In this document: piece by piece, positions 46,880 to 60,000 of the stretch
How positions within the stretch are numbered: the stretch's first letter is position 1
How the letters are laid out: every line of letters begins with the position of its first letter
Source of the DNA: Strigamia acuminata
Lineage: Eukaryota
NCBI GenBank assembly: GCA_949358305.1
Contig: OX442314.1
Coordinates: 7,316,001 to 7,380,000 of the forward strand
Length of the DNA: 64,000 bases
Direction of reading: 5' to 3'
Notes under the pieces: generated by a model
What the model saw: only the letters and a program-made list of their open reading frames with translations
Told to the model about the DNA's origin: nothing
Database searches by the model: none
Position numbers and translations under genes: made by a program

Positions 46880-49010
46880 TTTGTATTTGTCACGGTCCTA
46901 GGCCTGGCCCTTGACCCTCACCTGACCTTCGCTTTGCATATTCTGAACCTAACTAGATTCCTATCCAGGACTGTATTCATCGTCACTCGCATCCGTAAGG
47001 TCCTGTCCATGCGCGAATTGACGTCTTATGTTAAATCCAAGGTCCACCCCGCTATCACCTATGCTGTTGCGATCCTCCGGGCTTTCCACTCTAAAACAAA
47101 TACTTACCTTGTTAAGAGTGGTTCGCAAGTGAGATGCCGTTTATAGGCCTTATACTCGGTTGCCTGTGTGGTGTCTAGGGGTAATTTTATGAAAGGAAAA
47201 CGACAGTTTGGATTGAATAAAATACAAAAATGTTTTATTTGAACGGAAATTTACAAATATAATTATGAGAAATATAATTATTAAATTTACTAAGAAGTTA
47301 TGAATTTAGCGGTTGAAATTAGGGAGAGAAAAAGAGAAGAGGAATGAGAAATGAGTCAAGCAAAACGGTTACGCTCACTTGAAACAAAGGAAAAAGGCGC
47401 CAACAACGACGGTTGATCGTTGGGCGCGAGTGTTTGGCGCGCAACAAACGGCAGCTTGTTGCGCTCGGAAAATGGCGAGTCGGACTCGCCTGAGAAATAT
47501 TATTTCTCAATGAAAACGATGACTTTCTATTTGTAAGCTCCGGAGTAAAGCTCGCAGGTGGCTTACGAATATCGGCGATGGTTCTCTACGAGAGATTTGC
47601 CGTTGACGACGACGATGAGAGTACCAGAGTAAACTCGATGGCGCTCTCACAATAATCAAACAACGAGCAGGAACAAATTTCCTTCGCTCGTTCGATGGCG
47701 ATGAACAGTGAACTCCGGAGTAAAGCTCGCAGGTGGTTCACTGTCTTCTCACGATGGTTGACGGCGACGGGTTGCTCGATCGACGGAGGCGAATCACGGA
47801 ACAAGTCAACGCTACTCGACGGCGGCGGGTGAGCGGAGTTTCTCGGGCGTTACCCGAAATTCGATGCCTGTGCGCAAATGTGGCTGGTTCCACCGAAATC
47901 TATTCAGTGGAAACAGCAATGTCTCTCAACTCACCAAAACGTGTAAACCCGGTCAGCACTTGGAATCCTTGTGTTTGAAGTTCTTCAGTGATGATCATTT
48001 GGGTTGTTTGTTGTTTGTGTGTTGTGTCAAGAGTGGGTCAAACCGCCAAAATTTGGGGTTTTATGCACTCTCGAAATCTGCGCACGAAATATGTGCAGAT
48101 TACTAATTTTGGCACAACAAAGGATTTTGTTGCGCCAAAAGCCGTTATTATTGCACCATAACCGTTGGCTATGGGAAGGGTGGCGTGTGCCAAGCACGCT
48201 TCGAATATGCGCAGCGGATGCTGCGCAGACGTCTTAATTTAGTGAGACAAAGGATTTTGCCTCACTAAGCGGTTAATTAACGCCTCACCCCACACAATAT
48301 TGGGGTGAACCGTGCTAGGGGAGGATTTTCTCCCCTAATTATGTAATCGTTTGGCGTGTGCCAAACATAAATATTACCAAAATAAAATGTAAATGCAACT
48401 TCTTTCGTGGTGACTCTTTTTATTAAATAAAACACATTAAAAATTGAATAAAAGCGGCTCAGGGTCACCACAATGCTTCCTCCATCTGGAACTCAACTCC
48501 CCGCCGTTTCTTGATCCCCCTCTACCGCATCCTCCGCGCCTCATATAAAATCCCACCTAGATCCCGTCTCACTCCTTACTGCAACACCCATAAACTCCTG
48601 ACCCTCTCTAACCTGTTGCGGCTGAATGACTTATCGTCCCTCGCCGATGCTATCAGGGACTCCGGACACCCCGCCCACTTCATCGCACAATTCTACTCTT
48701 CAGACACCGCCACCAGGATCACCCGCCGTCACTCATTCAAGATCACTACCCGCGTCTCCATTTACCGATCTAGAACTTTCCCTTATCGATGTACTAAGAT
48801 GTGGAATAATCTTCCGATGGACATCCGTGCTGCCGTGCTCGATTGCGCAGCCTTCAATTGTTGCTTCCACTGCCGCCACTTCCATCGCCGCTTAAGAAAT
48901 TTTTTCTTGAACACTCAATGTAACAACTAAACAACCGCTACCAACCAGCACCACATTGTAACTACTCCCCAGAAGTGCTTGAAATAAAATAATAATAATA
49001 ATAATAATTA
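46880..49010 (+). mobile_element. 5'-truncated LINE (CR1/L2-like RT C-terminus) split by a solo LTR
   Basis: LG..LD..LTF..HI, HPAITYA|SSIW (frame restored when the LTR is removed), FPYR..KMWNNLP..IR and an (AAT)n tail. Confidence 0.8.
47065..48472 (-). mobile_element. 1408-bp solo LTR related to the 13102 element
   Basis: TGTTGCGATCC...GGTCACCACA with 4-bp TSD ATGC and shared internal motifs. Confidence 0.88.
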
Positions 49011-49928
49011 TATTGTATTGGTCTGTGGTCTGCGCCCCTCCCTTCACTGCTTGTAAGTTATTATATTTTGCTTTTCACCTAACTGTTACATCATTTCCAT
49101 CACTTATTGACATTTCCGGTTTCGAGTCTCAGCTGCACCAGAAATGCATTAGACGTTCAGACATTGTAATCGACTACTTATTGTAAGGAAATTCTTTGCT
49201 TTCCTGACAAAGCAACCAACGAACTAAACAAGAATGCTTGAGAGAGAATGCTTGAGAGAGTTGGATGAGGTATCGCAGACGGCTATAAATCTTGTAGTGA
49301 GTTAGAGTATAGAAGCGGGAATAGTTTTAAATTTCATCGTCATTTCACCTTCATTATATGCACGCAAGTGAAATTGTGAGTAATTTAATATTTTGCCACG
49401 AGGAGAAACACCAGAGATCAACAGGTGATAATACTTGTATAATACTTGCATAGCAGACAAGGGTGTGCAAGTAACTTATTATCACCTGTTGATGTCTGAT
49501 GTTTAACCTAGAGGCAAAACACAAAAGTACTCGCCATCTCAATTGCCAGCCTAGAGTGAGGGTACAATTTTTTTGAACACGACTATACCTTTTCACACCA
49601 CCAAAAGCAGGTAAAAAGATCATAACATCTACACTTATTCTATTCAATAATTAAATTGTTTATACCGTATTTTACCGATTAACAGTAGTCCTTGAATTGT
49701 AGACACTCTCAAATAGTAGTATTTAACCTCACGAACGATAAACGTACGCTTCTTTTGTGATGTTCAGACTTCGTTTGTTACATTAAACAAATGTAACAAA
49801 TAAAAAACCGAAATTGTAAATGCTGACAAAAATGGCAGTTTTGAATAAGAGCCGCGGCAATTAATCGACAAAATATGGTAATCATCAATTGTCATTCCAG
49901 AATAAACCTTGGATTTAAATAAGATACA

Positions 49929-52900
49929 ATGCGGAATAATAATTTGGTGAGGAGACTACGTCCTGCAATTCATCGATTGTTGAAGGATGATGCAAATACA
50001 CTTCGATGCAACTTAGTTGGTTTGGATGATTTCATAAACAGTAGAAAACATTGGACAATGCGTCACACCTTTTGGCTACTTTTATTCTCATTTTGCACGT
50101 GCATGCTCACTTATCAGACGTACGATAGAATAATGCATTACTTAAGTTATCCTACGACTGTTGATGTAACGAGTAGATCGGAAGAGGTTGTTTTACCAAG
50201 TTTGATGATATGTAGTCGTAATACGAAAGAAATAGCCAGACTTTGGAATAAAACTAACGCAAAATCCCAACCTTCACGTGTCGACTGCGCGAGCATGGTA
50301 AATGAACTGATGAAAATCCCAACTTACAATCTAGAGGAAATTTGGGAAGCGACTAATTTAACGAAAGCAGTAGTGAGCTTAAAAATAAAAGTAAAAAGAT
50401 GGAATAAAGTAATTTTTAATGAGCTAAAAACAATTAGTTCAATCTTTTTATTTTGCATAGGGATATTCTAATACAAACAAAACAATTGTTCTGGGAGAAA
50501 TGATCAATCCACTTGGAATATGCTCATCCATTCAATTTGGTAAGTATAATAAAAAATTTACTACTATCAACTTCAATACATTTTATTATTTATTGATACG
50601 TAGCTAAGGCATCTAGCGAATCTTTTGTTGGACAAGTCATAACAGTTAAAATAGCAAGTTATGAGGACATATGCCCTTCAGCACCATACTGGGTAATTTT
50701 AATTAATTGAAAAATAATTGTTGTCTACTTTTCTTTCCTTTACCCTTAGCTTAATCTTCATTAGGCGCATTCGAAAAGTCATTAAAACGAGTGTAAACGT
50801 GTTTACACTCGTTTCCACACGACATTTACACGAATTAATTCGTGTAAATGTCGTGTAAACTGGTTAAACGGAAACGGCCTGTACGCCACGTTTCCGTTTA
50901 AAATCTCCGTGCAACGAGTTTTCTCGTTGAAATCGGGTCTTGCTGGCAGCCATCTTGGATTTTCGTTAGATCGGTTGGAACGATGTCGATCGCAAGAACA
51001 ATTTTTTAGCAGGTATTAGCCGCATTCTTGCGATCGAATGCGGCCGATGTTCGACCGCATTTGTACGATCGAATACGGCCGACGTTCGACCGACGTTCGG
51101 CCGCATTTGTACAATCGAATGCGGCCGACGTTTGTGCGATCTGATGCGGCCGGTGTTCGGCCGCATTTGTGCGATTGAGGCGGATGTTCAGCCGATTCCC
51201 GTTCGGAATTAAATATTAATAATACAAATAATTAAAATAAATTTACATTTTATAATCATGTTTTTATAATCTCCTGTTTTTTTTTTTAGAGTAAACAACA
51301 ACAATAATGACTATGGTTATTATTTGGACTAATTTAATATTTACACTTGAATTTACACTACTGAATTTTACACAGAAATTTATTTTGAAACTCGAAAATT
51401 GGGTCGTTTAACTTGAAATTTACACTACCAGTTGCACTGGTCGTTTAGTGCAAATTACTTTTCGAATGCGCCTATTCTTACGATTTTGGAAAATGTTTCG
51501 GGGTGGGACAACTATATGCCGGTGAAACAAAAGAAGTTTATTTAAGTTACAACAAAGTAAAATTTTATCAAAGAACGAAAATTCCTATGCATCACCTTAT
51601 TCTATTCAAAAATTTTAGTTCATTTTTCTGAATTCACCAATAAATGAATGCTCCGGCGAAGATGAATACAGAGAATGTTATCGGAGGTGTCTAATGAAGA
51701 AATTTAAGAAGCTACCATGCAGGTAAGAAATCGAAATAATTGCAAAGGGGCAGAGTCCCTACTATGCCAAACGTACAACTACGTGCAGAGATGAAGAAAT
51801 GTTTGTGTTGTGTGTTTAGATGAGGTTGTGGGAGTTGTGAGTGTGATTTCTGGTTTTGTTGTTGTTTGTATTTGCTGTGAGTATTGGTTTGTGATGAGAG
51901 AAGTAAGAAATGTGTCGCGGAGATTCCAAATACCAAAACGTTTTCTTGTTATTACGCGCATTTTGAGTTCTTAAACGCGTATCAACACAATACGCGTTTA
52001 TATTGGGTTGTCAACAGACAGCTGTGGCTGCTTGTGTCACATTGTTTGTTTGAGTTTTCATTCCCAACGTCATTTCCATTCCTGTGTCATTCCTGTCCAA
52101 TTGTTGCAGCCCGCTTATTTGTTAGTGCAGAGAAAGATGTAGTTCTACATCAAAAAATAATGATTACAAATCTTCTATTAAAGATTTCCTTTTATGAAGA
52201 TCGATTTACCACTTTGCAAATGTTCGAAGGACATATACATGCATTATCGTGCTGCAAAGCAGTTGATTGAGATCACAAATCCCATTACTGTGTGTATGAA
52301 GAACGATACACGTACGACGCAATTGCTCTTCTGTCAGATTTAGGAGGCAATCTAGGCTTATTTTTCGGCCTAGCGTTAATTTCGTTACCTGAACTCACTT
52401 GGTATTTACATTATGTTGCAACAAACATTCACCGAAAAACATCCGTCAATAAGATTCGTCTTCTGTACGAGATATGCAAGAAGAAAGTCGTTAAGAATAA
52501 AGAGCAAACCACGACATGTGGTGTCTTAAAAATACTTGCGCTAGTATTTGTAACTGCGGGATTCACTTTATATTGCTTGCAAATTCGTATCAACTACTAC
52601 TTCGATGAACCAGTAACAACAATGGTTAGAATAGTTCAACGTCGCTACACCAAATTTCCCTCATTCACAGTCTGTGGTGAAAACCAAAATGATGATATGG
52701 ACGAAGCCAGATCATATTTACTGAAACACACCAACAAAACTTGCAATGAAATATGGCCCTGGCAATTGTTCAGCAACGAATAGTCACTGGAAGAAATCTG
52801 GGAAACACTCAATGTCCATGATACTATTGATATTGAGAATGAGGTATTCTAGTATTTTATATTAACCAAAAACAAATGACAATGAATGAAAATTATTGTT

Positions 52901-55107
52901 TTTGTAGTTGTTATATGGATATAAAATTAAATTAAATATATCAAAGCATACTATTCCACTTCCTGTTGGTAATTGTTCACGAATTAACACAGGTAATTGT
53001 AATGTCCTTTTGCGTTCAATTTAAGTGTTAGTTTTTAATATTGTCACTCTTTACCACCCAGCTTCATCCTGAGTTTTGATTATGGCATTTATTAACAGCA
53101 TTACCGTATTTTATTGTTTCTAAGATGCACTTTTATTCCCATACGTTGCTGTGGCTCATAAATAAATCTCGTGGAAATAAATCCCGTGGAAATAAATCCC
53201 GTGGAAATAAATCCCGTGGAATCTTGTGTTGTATTTACGCCCAATAGATGGCGCTGTTTTTCCAAAAAAGCGCGTTTTTACCTGTCACAGGTGTGACATC
53301 CATATAAAAACCGTGTAACAACAGTCCCCTATTCAAACGCAATGTTGTGTCAAAATTTTAAAGCAATCGGTGAAGAACGTTCGGAGATTTGGGGTCAGTA
53401 ACGAACGAACATACATTTTTGTTTATATAGAACACAGTAAACACCTTTAAAAGCAGGGTGTGTCTTATAATCTGTGATATCTTAGGACGAAAAAATGTTT
53501 TCATGTACTTATCAATGCGCAAAAGGCCCAAAATCTACCTCGTATACAGTGCTGGAAAAAGGTTGGAGACCACTCCAACTTTCTTGGTTGTAAGTCAAAT
53601 TTTGACTTACATGATAGTAAGGTATTGTATAAAATTATATGACAATAGTTCAAATTAAATTAAAGAAATAAAAAAAATGTTTACAAAATGCCATTTATGC
53701 TGGAAAAAAGTTTGAGACCAAATGCAAGAGCTGATATTTCATTCAAGGCAATTTTACCCCAAATCATCATTGCTGATCCAACAACACGTAACTGGCCAAA
53801 AAAATAAAGAGAATAAATTTATTTTGGATGGACCTGATGGTGTTCAACACTATTTGTATGATTTTCATCAATCACCAAATCTATTTTTTGCTGATAGGTA
53901 ATTAATGACTTGGAGTGAAATTGCCTTGAATGAAACATCAACTCCTGCATTTATTTCACAAAACTCTGCATATGTTGTTTAATTATTAGTCTTTTAAAAA
54001 TTCCTTCTACAAACTCATGCGTCTGAAGTTTTTATCCTGACCTTTCCAATACTTTTTAGAAAAATCAAAGGACCTAAATTCTTACCTTTTAATTACATTA
54101 ACCAATGAATTTCCTCACAAACCATGTGACCAGGATCTGAAGGTAATATTTATTTATGGAGTATTATTTATTGCAGTCAACACTCCAATGGAGTAATTGA
54201 ATGCAGCAAAGATTAGTCAAAGAACATTTTGTCAATTATGAATAAATACTAGACACATCATTGTGAATAATAATAATATTTAGATTTTCCTAAATAATCT
54301 GGATGAAGACGTTAACATTTTGGCACCTTTGACTTTACAGTATAATTGGTGGAACTTAGTAACACTTCGAGCACTTAAGGCAATAAATTAAACAAACAAT
54401 ACTTAGATGCTTTTATTTTAACTTATTTTGATTTTATGAAATAGACTATACAAAGAAATACAAAGCACAATCCATGTGAGCAGAACAAAAGTTCTTATCT
54501 CAAGTGTAAAAATGCTTGCATCCAAAACAATCTGTTTCAAACTGTTAACTGCAGGTAAGCTCATCCAGACACTTCACTTTTCACACATCTCAATTCCGAT
54601 TTTATCCTGTTTAAAACACATACTGTATATACGCATACACCAGTTGTTCAAAATCACCTAGCCCTTTCAGTTCAGTTACATGCTACAGTTGTTTGTAAAT
54701 GTTTCAGATTACCTTATTTCTAGAAGCCGGACTTGCCAGTTTGTAACACAACAGCAGAAATTACTACCGCTCATTTAACATATTTAAAGAATTTTGACTC
54801 AAATCAAAAACAATGCAAATGTAGACTGCCTTGCGAAAATACTTTTCACAAATTTGTTTTGCATGGCAATGAGAATAAATTAGTGGATTTTACTTTCACA
54901 ATAATAGCTATTGAATTCTCTGATAATTTCTTCGAGAGTATAGAAGAGCAAGAGGCATATCCGACATCTCAATTGCTAAGCGATGTCGGTAGCATCGTAG
55001 GATTAGGTTTAGGAATGTCTTTGCTGTCTTTCTACATTTGCATTTTAAACACTTATACTTGGTGTAAGAATAAGAGCTTTTCTATGTGGTTCCAAAAGAA
55101 GAAATAA
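49929..55107 (+). pseudogene. Two-subunit DEG/ENaC-like gene, copy 4, pseudogene
   Basis: MITE in exon 4, a deletion of about 118 bp in exon 6 (about 52291), and premature TAG stops at 52781 and 54721. Confidence 0.88.
50763..51473. mobile_element. PIF/Harbinger-like MITE in exon 4 of copy 4
   Basis: 17-bp TIR AGGCGCATTCGAAAAGT. Removing it with one 3-bp ATT duplicate restores the exon length. Confidence 0.75.
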
Positions 55108-56023
55108 AATATGCGCAAGACAATTTTAAAACATTTTATGTTAGTTCAAAATTTATGTGTATTGATAATCGTTTACACTTGTTAATTTAAAGGCTATAAG
55201 AATAAGAGCTTGTTTATAAATTTTTGCAACGTTTAGGTGTAGTAAAGTTTGCTACTTTTGCACTTCAAAATCAACTCTCTACTCTCATTAATGAGTTTTC
55301 ACATCAGAATTGAAACAATATAAGTATGGAATTCCCTGATACATTGTTGGAGAATATAGAAAAGCAACAAGCTTACACAATATCTCAATTGTTAAGCGAT
55401 GTCGGCAGTATTGTAGGATTAAGTTTGGAATGTCATTACTGTCTCTCTATATCTGCATTTTAAACAGTTATAATTGGTGTAAGAAGCAATACAATATCCA
55501 CATGTCACATATTAGTCCTAAGTTTAAAGAAGGATAATAGTCAGGGTCCCATATTTTTAAGATATAAAATGCACAGTAGTTTTAAAAAGTTACATTTGTC
55601 ATAAAGTTTACTTCATTTATTATATAAAAAAAAATTAAAGTAATTTATCTTTATGGAAATACTCTTAAAATCATGTGCACTTTTGAACTGTTTTGATCTT
55701 TCCTGGCCATAAAATATTACTTCAATAAACTATTCACATAAAATATTTTAAATCTCTCTTGCATGACAAATTTAAAAAAGGTCTATATTTAATGAACACG
55801 AATTGTTAGTTTGACATGCACTAGAAAGAGTCATTATTTTAAAAGTTAGTGGAATGGTTCCTGGTCTATCAGCACCAGTGTGATCTTTTGTGTTCACCAT
55901 TCAATTCCCTAAAATTTTATAAATGGTACTTATAAATGTATTAAAACACATGTTTTGTGACGTAGACATCGTATTCGAATGCACGAAAACTTCAATCGGT
56001 CTTTTAACGCTCGAAACATTATA

Positions 56024-56081
56024 GTTAGTTAGTTACAGTTATAGTTATAGTTATAGTTATAGTTATAGTTACAGTTATAGT
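56024..56081. repeat. (AGTTAT)n microsatellite
   Basis: Directly visible. Confidence 0.85.
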
Positions 56082-57083
56082 TTTTAACCTCCTGGTGTAC
56101 CACATTTAAAATAATTTTGTGTTAGAATAGTTATTAAAATGTACACTGTTCTTTCAAATGGCAAAATAAAAAAATAATTTAAAAACATTAATAGTTCATT
56201 CAATGTACCGAATGACAGAAACAATAAGGTTTTATGCACAGGTGACAAGTACATTTTTTCCTTTGCCACAGAGTCAAACATCTATTCTGTGATTACACAC
56301 AAGCCAAATGTAACGTGTTTCGGTATCCCTAATTTCCCTTGGACTGTTCAGTATGTGTACTGGATTTGCATACACACACTTTCTCTAATCAAATTTTCTA
56401 AACAAAGCATTAAACTTCTTATTTAAAAAAAATTTGGATTGGATTGGATTGGATTCGATTTTAATTATTATTAATTATTAATTTATTCATTACATTTCGT
56501 GCACACCTTTCTGTTTTGAAAAATTTAATCAACAAGTTTGTCCTACCGTTGAATGGCTAATCCAGTCAAATAATTCAATTCAATCGCAATGTTCGGCTTG
56601 TTCGTCGGTCGTCGTTCCGCCATTACTGCATGGGCCAGATCCGGTCGAATGGTCGTTTGGTCCCGAACGCTCATATGATTTTATACAGCGTCACTACTGA
56701 TCGCCGCCACTGCACCAGTCATTGCTTGCGATCATCACAATTTTCCTGCGCGCAATTATCAGGTCAGATTATGTTAGGTTAGGCTAGGTTATTTGTAGGA
56801 GATTGTTAATATTAAAATTTGAAATCACAAACCTCCTGGCATGCAAGACACATAAATGAGCGCGAAAAGGCATTGATCGCTTACAATGTCTGGTGCAGCG
56901 GCAGCGATCGGTAATGGGCAGATGATCGAAGTGTCAAGAAAGGTGTGTAGAAAACAATATATGCTTCCAGTACGCGTGACAGACCAACATACGCAATAAA
57001 CAATTTAATTTCAGAAACAAGTATTCATTAAACGAAATACAGTTCTGTTCATATACACAATTTTTACTGCAAATATATTTAAT

Positions 57084-60000
57084 TCAATTTTTATTGCGCA
57101 AACACGACCTCTTCACTATCTCGTCAACAACTTCTGGTTCGGCCAAAGTCGTTATATCGCCGAAATCCTCCGTTTTTCCGGATGCGACACTTTTCAAAAC
57201 CCGACGCAAGATTTTCCCGGATCTGGTTTTAGGAAGCGCCTGACATATCTTTAAGAAACAAAAACGTATTAATTTCTTAATTTCTTAAATTTAATTTTAA
57301 TTCATTCAATTTCTACTTGAATTAACTCCGGGGCCGCATACGACGCGATGCTCGTTCGCACATATTTCCGCAGTTCCTGTTTCAGGTTTTCCGAATTCTC
57401 AGTCGTATCATCTTTCAACACCACGAAAGCGTAAACGCCCTCTCCCGTCAATTCGTGCGGAAAACCGACCACGGCCGATTCCGCCACGTTCGGGTGTCGA
57501 TTCTAAACCAAACTCGATTACTTCCACCCGGAAGTTCCCGCAAGCGGAAACAACAAAACTAAACTCACGAGTGCAGCTTCAACTTCCGCCGTGTCCAACC
57601 GATGACCGGTCACATTAATAACGTCGTCAATACGACCGGTTATTTGGTAAAATCCTTCATTATCTCTCATTGCACTATCGCCCGTTAGATACACTCCTAG
57701 TGTCGAAATTTGACATTACAAACATAAATCAGTAATTAATTTCAATCTATAACAGACCTGGATACGGCTTGAAGTAAGTCTCAACGAATCGCTTGTGGTC
57801 TCCATAAACAGTCTGTGCTAGACCGGGCCAAGGACTACGGAGACAGAGGGCGCCTTTGACGTCATTACCAGTTACAATTTTACCCTAAAAAATTTAATTG
57901 ATTACGTTTTGTGATTTTATTTCGGAAAAATGTCAGCAAATATTAAACCTGTCTATTGATCAGTGCTGGATCGATCCCGAACATTGGTCGCATCGGTTTC
58001 CCGCCGACAATTTTGTCACCAGGCGCCGATGGCCTGGGTGCCAAAGCCACACCACCGGTTTCTTTAATAAAAAAAAAAATTACTTATATTTTTCCTGCCA
58101 ATGATGTGTAAAGACTCGTGCGGCTGCCAAGGGCCTTTGAGCCTGTGTTTTCTCGAATAAATGTAGCTACAGCTCTGCTAAAGGGTCCATATACCCAACT
58201 CTTCTTACGGGTCCAGGGGCGGATCTAGCTTTTCGGGGGCCCGGGGCTTGAGGTTTTTTCGGGGCCCTTTATCAAAATTTTTAATAGCGACCTTTCTTCG
58301 TTTTTGTTTTTTAGCAACCATTTTTTTTTTAGTACATGGCCCTGTGTCTTGGGGGCCCCCTAGAATTTGGGGGCCCAGGGCTCAAGCCCCATTAGCCCCT
58401 ATGTATATCGACCCCTGTATTGGTTCCATCGAGTTAGGCCATGGACAATGAAAACAAATTTGAAATTACACAATGTCATGGGCCATCGGTAAATTCCCGG
58501 TATCCTGCCGGGCCAGTCCAGCACTGGTGCGAGTGTTCGAACTGATGTCGCGTGGTCATGTTGCATTGGGCGCACCAGACAAGATAGAGAAATAACTCAA
58601 AGGACCACACTATGATTAATAATGACTTTATTCTTTACAGGTTGTCAGATAACCATGGCAGTCACTTACCATGTTTACATGTACCCAGTTATCTGGATAA
58701 GTAAAAATGCAAATTTTACTTTACCGGAAAACTGATCAAGTGATCATGTAAACGAAACAGTTTTCCAGAAAAGACAGACTTATATTCAGATAACTCAATC
58801 GGTTATAGTCATTTTAGCGACGCTCATTTTAGCAATTTTTACAAAAAAGTCCCATTTTAGCGACGCAACATTTTAGCGATTGCTACGTTTTAGCGACGGG
58901 ACACGATTTACCGCGACAAGCCGGCTCAAAAAAGTGGTTTGCTTCAAAAAACCAGTAAGGTTAGGTTCTTAGGAATTAAACCTAAACTATATGGTTAGGT
59001 TAATATTAGTGTTAGTATTAAGGTGCGCGCCATAAGTATAGAATAATCAGTTTTTTTGTAATATTTTTTTTCCCGCTTCATCTGGAATCATACCCATTTT
59101 TTTATACATGTATGTAGTCATTAGAATTCGTTTAAAATTAACACATTTATAATTTTTATGGAAAAATAAATTTGGCAGTGATTTTACACAAAAATGGGGG
59201 TGACATAAGTATAGAATATTTTAGGTTTGATGCAAAAAAATGGATAAAATTAATATCACATAACATGCCTTTGTCTGATTAGTTAATCAGTGAATATGTC
59301 ATCAATTTTCTGCCATTTTTGAATTGTATTACTTGCTATTTTCTTATTTTGAAGCAATCCCTTGTACAAAACTTGCAACCACGGTGGAAATCGCTGAAGT
59401 AAAGCGATTAAAGGCACTGGGGCTTGCCAAACAACAAATTGATAGAATATTAGGAAGAAATTGAAAGAAATTAGTCAATTGCATCAAAAATTCTAACAAA
59501 AACATGAAATCCAAATGTTAAAGCAGACAGGAAAGACCAAAAGTGACCATGCAGTGAGCATTGTCTAGCTGAAACACCCATTTATTGTCTTAATTTTCCA
59601 TCCAAATGGCAATAAATGCATGTTCAACACTTCCTTATACTTCTGTGAATCTTTCCATCCTTTTATTATTATGATGTTTGCCTGTAATTTTTGCCCGAAT
59701 GTCACCCAAACCATCACATGATTCTGCCCACTGAGAAAACTTCTCTTCTCTCCTTAAATCTTGCCACTTATTACACTAACCATCCAGACCATCTAAGTTG
59801 AACTGTATTTTGTCTGTAAAAAGCACTCAGTTTCATGATTTGGTCCAGGGCAGCTTGGTATTAGTCTAATCAGAGCACTTCAATTTAAGGGGTTCAGTTA
59901 ACCACAGTTGTACAGCTATTTTTTGATAACAAAGGTGATCACAATTGTTTAGTCTGCTCTGAATTGTTTGTAAAGACACAATTACATCTGCATGTGTGCA

